A DNA stretch of 10,046 bases, from NCBI GenBank assembly GCA_964419615.1, contig CAYQPU010000043.1:1-10046 (forward strand), read 5' to 3'. The DNA is from an uncultured Methanosarcinales archaeon. Lineage in GTDB: Archaea; Nanobdellota; Nanobdellia; Woesearchaeales; JAGVZT01. The notes below the pieces were generated by a model that had not been told where the DNA came from, did not search any database, and was given only the letters and a program-made list of their open reading frames with translations. The position numbers and the translations under genes were made by a program. Below, piece after piece: positions 1 through 6,315 of this stretch (the first letter of the stretch is position 1; every line of letters begins with the position of its first letter).

Positions 1-38
1 GTTGACTAATATATCACTCTTAAGTAGTAAGAAGAACA

Positions 39-52
39 ATTTATATATAAAT
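39..52 (-). promoter_or_regulatory. Palindromic TATA box (ATTTATATATAAAT), probably for a minus-strand gene beginning beyond the left edge
   Basis: Perfect 14-bp palindrome containing TTTATATA on both strands, downstream of the HIT stop and its T-rich tract; the target gene is not visible. Confidence 0.35.
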
Positions 53-78
53 ATTCCTGAAAAACAACATAAAAGAGA

Positions 79-582
79 CTATCCCTTGATTTTTCTAGCC
101 AGTTCAGCTAATTTCTCTTGATCAGCTGGTTTACTATCATTTGATGCAATAAATCCTTCATATTTTTCAAAGTATCTATTGAAATGCTCTGATTTTACAG
201 GTTTCCACTCTGCTACATCTTCTGTTCCATGCATTGGGAATAGTTTTAGATGTAAGTGATTTACACCCATTCCTTCAAAGATTATTCCTGTTCTTCCAAC
301 ATCTTCTAACTTTTTATTAAGTAAAGAACACACTTTTCTTGCTGCTAAGAATATTCCTGTTGCAACCTCGTCTGAGACTTCTAAAATATCACTTGAATAA
401 TGTTCTTTTGTGACTATAACTGTAAATGCTTCTGTATTTGGAAATATTGAAAGAATTGCAATATGTTTTTCATCTTCCCAGATCTTATGACAAGGAATTT
501 CTCCCTCAATAATTTTACAGAATATGCAATCTTTGATTGCATGCTCAGAAATCTTTGTTTTCTGTTGGATACAGTTTTCCAT
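79..582 (-). CDS. HIT (histidine triad) family nucleotide hydrolase
   Basis: N-terminal DCIFCKII (CxxC) and EIPCHKIWED pattern; FPNTEAFTVIVTKEH segment; triad region VNHLHLKLFPMH. Start supported by GGTGATC 4 nt upstream. Confidence 0.92.
   Translation of the reverse strand: MENCIQQKTKISEHAIKDCIFCKIIEGEIPCHKIWEDEKHIAILSIFPNTEAFTVIVTKEHYSSDILEVSDEVATGIFLAARKVCSLLNKKLEDVGRTGIIFEGMGVNHLHLKLFPMHGTEDVAEWKPVKSEHFNRYFEKYEGFIASNDSKPADQEKLAELARKIKG
523..567. repeat. 45-bp twin-hairpin palindromic element, apparently inserted in frame in the HIT gene
   Basis: ATGCAATC-TTT-GATTGCAT (524-542, 8/8 bp) and CAGAAATC-TTT-GTTTTCTG (546-564, 7/8 bp) share an AATCTTTG core at a 22-nt period. Together they encode the extra QQKTKISEHAIKDCI between MENCI and FCKII. 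Confidence 0.6.
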
Positions 583-584
583 TT

Positions 585-591
585 GATCACC
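585..591 (-). promoter_or_regulatory. Shine-Dalgarno site for the HIT gene, overlapping the HAD stop codon
   Basis: Minus strand GGTGATC-AA-ATG is complementary to the 16S 3' tail GAUCACC; the TGA inside it is the HAD stop, suggesting translational coupling. Confidence 0.7.
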
Positions 592-1231
592 CCAAGAATT
601 TATTTAGTTCATTTAAGTTTAATATTCTGTCTTCAAAGTTTTTCCTTCGATCATTCCTATCTATTAAAACAGGTTTTATGCCAGCGTTTCTTGCGCCAGC
701 TATGTCTGATTCTATGCTATCTCCAACCATTATTACATCTTCTTTTTTTAATTTTAATTCATTAATGGCAAAGTCAAACATTTCTGGGTTTGATTTTAGC
801 ATTCCTTTTTCACAGGATAATAAAATTAAGTCAAAGCAATTTTTCATTTCATACTTTTCCATGACTGATTGCACTGAGAAGCTGTCTGTGTTAGATATAA
901 GTACAATTTTGTAATCTTTTTTTAGGTTTTCTAGAACTTCTAATGTTTCTGCAAATGGTTTTGCCAACAGTTTATTTTTGTTCCACATGCCAACTAATCC
1001 ATCTAGCATGCTTTTTGTAGGTGTGATTTTAAATTCCTTACAGACATTTTCAAAAGCCTTGTATAAATCTTCAAAATCCTTTGTCATAAAAGATTTTTCA
1101 AATCTTACTATGTATTCTGGAAATGGTAATTTGTATAGTTGTAACAGATTTTTTGCCTGCCTTACTGGACTTGGAAATACTCCATTCTCAACTAAAGTAC
1201 CCCAAAAATCAAAAAATATTGCTTTTACCAT
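587..1231 (-). CDS. HAD-superfamily hydrolase, subfamily IA (phosphatase/nucleotidase-like)
   Basis: Motif I KAIFFDFWGTL, motif II LISNTDS, motif III KSNPEMF, motif IV MVGDSIESDIAGARNAG. ATG at 1231 preferred; the ORF-track start at 1237 is a TTG. Confidence 0.92.
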   Translation of the reverse strand: MVKAIFFDFWGTLVENGVFPSPVRQAKNLLQLYKLPFPEYIVRFEKSFMTKDFEDLYKAFENVCKEFKITPTKSMLDGLVGMWNKNKLLAKPFAETLEVLENLKKDYKIVLISNTDSFSVQSVMEKYEMKNCFDLILLSCEKGMLKSNPEMFDFAINELKLKKEDVIMVGDSIESDIAGARNAGIKPVLIDRNDRRKNFEDRILNLNELNKFLG

Positions 1232-1258
1232 CCCCAAATATAAAGTTAAAACGAGTGA

Positions 1259-1272
1259 TATATAAATTTTGT
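1259..1272 (-). promoter_or_regulatory. BRE/TATA promoter of the HAD-HIT pair
   Basis: Minus strand CACAAAA-TTTATATA; the TATA box (1259-1266) ends 21 nt before the TTG and 27 nt before the ATG. Confidence 0.65.
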
Positions 1273-1420
1273 GTAAGTATGATTAAGGTATTAGATGTGA
1301 AGTTTTAGAAATGATCAGATCTCTGTACTTATCAAAAGGAGGTGTGATTGTCAGGTAAACTTCAAGCTTTTCTGAATCAAATTCCCCAATTGGTTCAATT
1401 TATTTAATTAATTATGGTAT

Positions 1421-1435
1421 CAAAATATTTATATT
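1421..1435 (+). promoter_or_regulatory. BRE/TATA promoter, leaderless
   Basis: CAAAATA-TTTATATT; TATA 1428-1435 with 22 nt to the ATG at 1458. Confidence 0.6.
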
Positions 1436-1457
1436 TACTGTTCCGTTCTTATCTAGT

Positions 1458-2021
1458 ATGGAAGAATGCATAGAGATTATTGATCATTGTTCTGATTACT
1501 CTGATTTCTTTAGAAGAATAGAGGAAGCCGATAACCCAATAACCCGGAACCTAGGCCTTGTGTATCTTGGACTTGCAGGTATATTTGACAAGAATGTTTG
1601 GAAACGACAAGCTGATCGTAGAAATGATAAACCTCACATAGTAATAGCGTCTCAAAATGGAACTTTTGGAGGAGCAATTGTAAGGAGCTTTTTTAATGAA
1701 AGTGATGTTTTTCCTACATTAATAGAAATCCAGCAGGCATATGGAGTAAAAACTGAAGATAGCCAAAGTTTAGAAATAGTTGATGGTGCTTATCAGCTTG
1801 ACGTAGGTGAATCAGCCAGGGTAAGGATTGCCCCGAATGAAACTGACTTATTTTCGAATCACCCTGAAGCTAACGCGGTTTTACTCCACTTGGGAGTATT
1901 TGAAGACTATCATGACATGACGGACACACTAAATGTTGTGGTAAACAGTACACCAATATTTAATTCAGATAGTGATGGGCAAAAATTGGCACAGATAAAT
2001 CAATATCATTTGCTTCTTTGA
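1458..2021 (+). CDS. Hypothetical protein (possible degenerate Rossmann-like fold); frame continues 34 codons past the TGA to a TAA at 2124-2126
   Basis: 187-aa ORF with a correctly spaced TATA; HIVIASQNGTFGGAIVRSF and AVLLHLG weakly resemble SDR motifs. Confidence 0.7.
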   Translation: MEECIEIIDHCSDYSDFFRRIEEADNPITRNLGLVYLGLAGIFDKNVWKRQADRRNDKPHIVIASQNGTFGGAIVRSFFNESDVFPTLIEIQQAYGVKTEDSQSLEIVDGAYQLDVGESARVRIAPNETDLFSNHPEANAVLLHLGVFEDYHDMTDTLNVVVNSTPIFNSDSDGQKLAQINQYHLLL

Positions 2022-2187
2022 CATTCAATATTTGACATTGGTGAAAATGTACAAGGTACAATGTTAATAGCACCGCAAACAGATGAGTTTCCTTTAATGC
2101 TTCAATATAGACCATGCAAACCATAATTATTTGTTATTTCTAGTGACAACTGATATATTTTTATAATTAATTGCTTTTTTAATAACT

Positions 2188-2865
2188 ATGATAGATTTCA
2201 AGAATTTAAAAAAGAAAGGAACAAGAGTAATTTGGCCAGAATTTTGTGGTTATGGAAGTATTGCCTTAGATCATCCAAATGTTGGGATAATTAATAGAGA
2301 AGGAGATCAAGTATTTAAAGGAAAATTCACAGATTTTGAAGCAAATTTATCTTACATTCTGAAACTAGAGCTTCAGCCAAGATCTCACAGAATTGTGGAT
2401 GTTGATTTACAGGGAAACACACCTGATCTATTCTTAAAAGATGGATATCATTGTTTTGATGCAAGACTTAAAATGGGATCTGATTTGAGTGGCTCTGATT
2501 TTTGGGACACTATTAAATCTGATAATATTGGGGATATTGTTAAGACAAAAAAGAGACACTTGGTTTTAGCTTGGAGAGAAGGAGGAAGTATAGGTTGCTT
2601 ACCTATAACCCAACAGGATATTGGCATTGTTGGTCCAGATAATACTTTTCTCATTGGACATGTTAATGGGATTGACTATTTTTCAGATAATTTTGCCTAC
2701 ATGGTTGATTTTTCAAATGATAACAGGGATTTCAACATGGTTACTGGAAAGAAGATTCCTACTCAACCAATTGGTCTTCCCATTGTAGGTTTTTTACTTC
2801 CAGAAGGATATCGAGCTTTTGATACAAGTTACCAACCTGCGCAAGGAAGAGTTCAAATGGGTTAG
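2188..2865 (+). CDS. Hypothetical protein; C-terminal half has weak PemK/MazF-like motif similarity
   Basis: 225-aa ORF with TTTATAAT at 2160-2167 upstream; GDIVKTKKRHLVLA...GCLPITQQ segment. The family call is tentative. Confidence 0.75.
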   Translation: MIDFKNLKKKGTRVIWPEFCGYGSIALDHPNVGIINREGDQVFKGKFTDFEANLSYILKLELQPRSHRIVDVDLQGNTPDLFLKDGYHCFDARLKMGSDLSGSDFWDTIKSDNIGDIVKTKKRHLVLAWREGGSIGCLPITQQDIGIVGPDNTFLIGHVNGIDYFSDNFAYMVDFSNDNRDFNMVTGKKIPTQPIGLPIVGFLLPEGYRAFDTSYQPAQGRVQMG

Positions 2866-3010
2866 CTCAACCTTGGCCAAGATGAGAGTGAGACTTGAAT
2901 CATTAAATTAGGCGTTTTGGAACAGTTTGTTACTTTCTTAAGTATATGGTATTAAGTTAATGATTTATCTAACAAACTGTCGAGCGAACAGGCCTGCTTG
3001 AGCTAACCTG
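2858..3010 (+). ncRNA. Putative structured RNA (three-way junction) of unknown family; alternatively a ~149-bp MITE-like element
   Basis: Two nested perfect 11-bp inverted repeats: GGTTAGCTCAA 2860-2870 / TTGAGCTAACC 2998-3008 and ACAGTTTGTTA 2922-2932 / TAACAAACTGT 2970-2980. Additional shorter stems; G-U pairs favour the + strand. Confidence 0.55.
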
Positions 3011-3023
3011 CGAGTATTTACCA

Positions 3024-3037
3024 CAAGCTTTTAATAT
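3024..3037 (+). promoter_or_regulatory. BRE/TATA promoter of the Lrp/AsnC-domain gene
   Basis: CAAGCT-TTTAATAT; TATA 3030-3037 with 22 nt to the ATG at 3060. Confidence 0.7.
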
Positions 3038-3059
3038 GATTACATTCTACTTTTATATT

Positions 3060-3287
3060 ATGATAGCATATTTATTGATTTCACTAAAGGAAAGCTCAGA
3101 GCAGGATGTACTTTTAGAGTTAACAGATATGGAGGAGGTAATAGAAGCACATATCTTATTTGGGGAGTGGGATTTAATTGCTAAGGTTAATATTGAGTCT
3201 CCACAAGATATGGGAACTTTTGTTATGGAGAAGATTAGATCCTTACCTCAGATAAAGATAACTAGTACTTTGATTGCTGCAAAGTAA
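3060..3287 (+). CDS. Lrp/AsnC ligand-binding (RAM) domain protein without HTH (demi-FFRP), 75 aa
   Basis: MIAYLLI...EVIEAHILFGEWDLIAKV...FVMEKIRSLPQIKITSTLI matches the archaeal AsnC_trans_reg pattern. The ORF-track start at 3036 lies inside the TATA box, so 3060 is preferred. Confidence 0.88.
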   Translation: MIAYLLISLKESSEQDVLLELTDMEEVIEAHILFGEWDLIAKVNIESPQDMGTFVMEKIRSLPQIKITSTLIAAK

Positions 3288-3303
3288 GTAAACTCATGAA
3301 GAG

Positions 3304-3317
3304 CAAGTTTTTAATAT
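3304..3317 (+). promoter_or_regulatory. BRE/TATA promoter, leaderless
   Basis: CAAGTT-TTTAATAT, nearly identical to the Lrp promoter; TATA 3310-3317 with 22 nt to the ATG at 3340. Confidence 0.7.
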
Positions 3318-3339
3318 TTAATGCCATTTCCCTTACTGT

Positions 3340-4119
3340 ATGACTGATAAATTTAGTATATTTTTTACACATTTGAACGAGGCTAATGTCAAGAATTATT
3401 CTGCACGTGATGAATTAAAACCTCTGCTTGGCGATCTCCAATTGGAGAGGCAAACTTTTTATCATCCTGATTGGGATCTTTACTTACATGATGACAATTA
3501 CTTTGCTGCAATATACAGGGAGGGGGAATGTCTTGTGGCTGGTCCATATGAAGGGTATTTGGATATTAAAAAGGACTTAGAAACTATGACTGATGTTGCT
3601 TTAGATGAGAGCAAATTTTCAAAATTTATCAGAGGAAAAAGTGATTGGCCCATATTGGCTTTCTGGGGAACTTCAGCTTTAACTATAATATATCAAGGAT
3701 TTTCAGAAAATAAAATTCAAGCGATTGACAATATGGTATATGCTATGGGGGAAGGTGTTATTAATTCACCTAGACTTGAAGTGACTATTGCTGGCGTTCT
3801 GGCATCTTTCTTAGCAGTTGTGGCAATAACTGGGGTTTATGGTCTATACAGAGTTGGTATGGAAGCTCTAGTAAGTTACAAAAGATCTAAATTACTGTCA
3901 GAAGGATCTCAAAAATATGTCTTTGGAAAAAGTGCTGAGAAGTGGTTAGACACCATGAAACAATTTGAAGATATTAAAGCAGATGATCTCAGTTTAGCAG
4001 ATTTCCTTAAAAAGGCAGGTATGGATAGCAACAGATGGCTTAAAGCTATGACCCAATACAAGGAAGCTTTTTCTGGAGAACTAGATCTAGATGGATTTCT
4101 AAAAAAGAGTGGTTTTTAG
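3340..4119 (+). CDS. Hypothetical membrane protein (about 2 central TM helices)
   Basis: 259-aa ORF; hydrophobic segments WPILAFWGTSALTIIYQGF and VTIAGVLASFLAVVAITGVYGLY flanked by soluble regions. Confidence 0.8.
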   Translation: MTDKFSIFFTHLNEANVKNYSARDELKPLLGDLQLERQTFYHPDWDLYLHDDNYFAAIYREGECLVAGPYEGYLDIKKDLETMTDVALDESKFSKFIRGKSDWPILAFWGTSALTIIYQGFSENKIQAIDNMVYAMGEGVINSPRLEVTIAGVLASFLAVVAITGVYGLYRVGMEALVSYKRSKLLSEGSQKYVFGKSAEKWLDTMKQFEDIKADDLSLADFLKKAGMDSNRWLKAMTQYKEAFSGELDLDGFLKKSGF

Positions 4120-4155
4120 AAAGTATTATTTACTAGATATTTTTAATTTTGTTTT

Positions 4156-4995
4156 ATGAATTGGATTTTAGCAAGTGCAATTATGTATTTATGTTCTGTT
4201 TTTATTTACATCATAATTAGAAAATTACAGTTAGTTAAAGTTTCTGTTAATACTTATTTGTTTTATATGTTTTCAATGTCAACTGTAATTTACTTAGGAT
4301 TGATTATCTTTTTGAAGATTCCAATGGCCTTGAGTGTTTCGCAACTTGTTGTGATAATTATTGCTGCTGTGTTGTTTAGCTTTATTGGCAATGTTGTTTC
4401 AAATCATGGAATTCTTAATGCACCTAATCCAGGTTATAGTTTGATTATTCAAAAGAGTTATTCTTGGTATACAACCTTAGCTGCTTTTTTTTTGTTTGGT
4501 TCTGACCTAAATATTATGAAAGGTATTGGAATAGGGATTATTGTCTTGTTTACAGGGATGATTGTTTATTCAAAAAAATCTAAGAAAACCGACAAAAAAT
4601 GGATAGTACAGTCATTTGGAGGATTTTTTTGTTTTGGTTCTTTGGCTCTTACTTCAAAGCATTTGTTAAACCAGGGTCTTGATCCAGCTGTAATTTTATT
4701 TTATGTTTGCTTTATTGTGAGTGTTCTTTTGGGATTTAGATCAAGATTTAAGTTTAATGTTAAGAAAAGATGGCATCTGATTATTCCTCTTGGTTTTTTG
4801 CAGGCTGGTTTTAATTTATTTATGAAGATTGCTTATCAAACTGCACCAAATCCTGGTTATGTAAATGCGATTAATACCTCATCAATTGCTGTTGTTACTT
4901 TGCTTACAGCATTGATATTCAAAGATCATCTTTCTTTAAGAAAGCTTGTGGGTGTTGTTGGTGTTATTCTTGGTATTGTACTGATTGTGCTTTAA
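4156..4995 (+). CDS. EamA/DMT (drug-metabolite transporter) family permease
   Basis: 279 aa, ~10 TM helices in two internal repeats (APNPGYSLII / APNPGYVNAI); C-terminal LIFKDHLSLRKLVGVVGVILGIVLI typical of EamA. Confidence 0.9.
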   Translation: MNWILASAIMYLCSVFIYIIIRKLQLVKVSVNTYLFYMFSMSTVIYLGLIIFLKIPMALSVSQLVVIIIAAVLFSFIGNVVSNHGILNAPNPGYSLIIQKSYSWYTTLAAFFLFGSDLNIMKGIGIGIIVLFTGMIVYSKKSKKTDKKWIVQSFGGFFCFGSLALTSKHLLNQGLDPAVILFYVCFIVSVLLGFRSRFKFNVKKRWHLIIPLGFLQAGFNLFMKIAYQTAPNPGYVNAINTSSIAVVTLLTALIFKDHLSLRKLVGVVGVILGIVLIVL

Positions 4996-5363
4996 TCCAT
5001 ATTTTTTAATCTTGATTCCACAGGTATTACTGAGTACAAAATCACTGAAGCTGGGAAATATTTTTCACCAGGATCTCCATCGCAAAGAGGTGAGAGTTTA
5101 AAATGAGTTTCTCTTGAAGTTGTTATTATTCCAAGATCTGCTCCAACTGCTACAAATTGTTCTTCTAGTGAGTCAAATTTCAGGGTAGTATCATATTCCT
5201 CAGGTGACCATGCGTGATTACTTAAAGCAATTTGATCACATTCTGTTTTAAATTCCTCAACTAAATAACCAAAAATATTTTCCCCTTTTACAATATATCC
5301 CATCCCAGGATTCTGTTCTTTTAATTGATCTAGACTCAAACCAGTTATTTTTATGTTACTCAT
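4992..5363 (-). CDS. Hypothetical protein
   Basis: 123-aa ORF with an ATG start; no recognisable motif; shares its stop (TTAA) with the convergent EamA gene. Confidence 0.7.
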   Translation of the reverse strand: MSNIKITGLSLDQLKEQNPGMGYIVKGENIFGYLVEEFKTECDQIALSNHAWSPEEYDTTLKFDSLEEQFVAVGADLGIITTSRETHFKLSPLCDGDPGEKYFPASVILYSVIPVESRLKNMD

Positions 5364-5526
5364 ATTTAACCACTGTTAGTATTTGTGTAAGTAGCTAATT
5401 TGGTGATGTTAATATATGTTATGGGAGAGAGGTCTTTATTTTATGAAAGTAATTTGCTATTTTTACCCATTATGAGAAAAAGGCTTGGACACATCTAGTG
5501 CATCTTCCACGAGATTGCCATAGTTT

Positions 5527-6309
5527 TTATTTCAAATTTCTAGAGCTTTGAAATATCCCCATATATTCATCAAACACTGTTTGAGCCCAATTAAGTCTTT
5601 TTTTTAATTTTCTTTTACTTAGAAGTTCTCTTGGTGCATAGCCATGTACATGATGAATTTCTGTTTTAATTGGATCATTTTCCCATCCTTTTGCATAATA
5701 AAATGCTGCACCAACTTGGTATTTTGTAAATTCTTCTTTGACTTCTTGCATACCAGATAGAAGTAGACGATACATAAAGTTCGCTTTGGGATTGTTTCTG
5801 ATTTTTACATCATTCTTGAATCTTTCAAAGAATTTGGCTTGAGGTACTGGCTCGCCTTGATTTTCTGGATAACCTGTTTGTTCTTCTTCTTGAATCCACA
5901 TGTCAGGTAATTCAGAGTAATGGCTGAATTGAACAATGTTTCTTGGAAGCCATCTTGAAGTTGGTCCAGCTATTACAATATCTACATTTTTACTTGTGCC
6001 GCGCTGACTAGTGTCATGAAGTATCATTTCTCTTAAGTTATTTACAACAGCATCAAGTGTTGGTGCATATGCCATGTCTCCAAATTCTTGATCTGCATAT
6101 TCTGCTTCTTTTTCAAACTTTAATACATATGGTCGCATAAGCATTCCTTTTTCTGGATTTGACATCTGCCTCACATTTAATTGCGATGTATCTGATGGTT
6201 CTCTTAGGTAATGAATTCTTTGGGGTTTATGGATTATCTCTCCATCAGGTGTTGCAGTAAATGAGCCAATAAATGGCCCATCCAAATTGTCAAAACCTAT
6301 TGCTAACAC
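5527..6309 (-). CDS. Hypothetical protein (probably the C-terminal part of a gene starting at 6606)
   Basis: 260-codon open frame; the only start is a GTG 6 nt after the in-frame TAA of the upstream ORF, with no clear SD or TATA. Confidence 0.65.
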   Translation of the reverse strand: MLAIGFDNLDGPFIGSFTATPDGEIIHKPQRIHYLREPSDTSQLNVRQMSNPEKGMLMRPYVLKFEKEAEYADQEFGDMAYAPTLDAVVNNLREMILHDTSQRGTSKNVDIVIAGPTSRWLPRNIVQFSHYSELPDMWIQEEEQTGYPENQGEPVPQAKFFERFKNDVKIRNNPKANFMYRLLLSGMQEVKEEFTKYQVGAAFYYAKGWENDPIKTEIHHVHGYAPRELLSKRKLKKRLNWAQTVFDEYMGIFQSSRNLK

Positions 6310-6315
6310 ATCAAC

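Noticed and set aside
463-1308. + strand ORFs 463-765, 537-914, 978-1265 and 1123-1308
   Set aside because: They are antisense to the clearly identified HIT and HAD genes, with no motifs or expression signals.
2448-2654. 68-aa minus-strand ORF
   Set aside because: It is nested antisense within the longer promoter-supported ORF 2188-2865.
2879-2900. Hammerhead-like words (AAGAUGA-stem-GAAU) in the structured element
   Set aside because: The core needs CUGANGA, GAAA and a UH cleavage site in register; C3, U4, A15.1 and the stem III/UH geometry are missing.
2859-2905. tRNA-like start (GGGTTAGCTCAA...CTTGAAT)
   Set aside because: There is no valid D stem, anticodon stem or TTCRA T-loop; TAGCTCA is instead part of the long P1 helix.
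1268-5393. 12-bp direct repeat TTTGTGTAAGTA at 1268-1279 and 5382-5393, both upstream of minus-strand genes
   Set aside because: The positions relative to the starts differ, and a 12-bp AT-rich match is plausible by chance in a window this size; it would need genome-wide enrichment to count as an operator.
5400-5526. Short ORFs and a weak hairpin in the intergenic gap
   Set aside because: The frames are under 30 codons with no convincing SD or TATA, and extending ORF 5527 into the gap would need more than one mutation.
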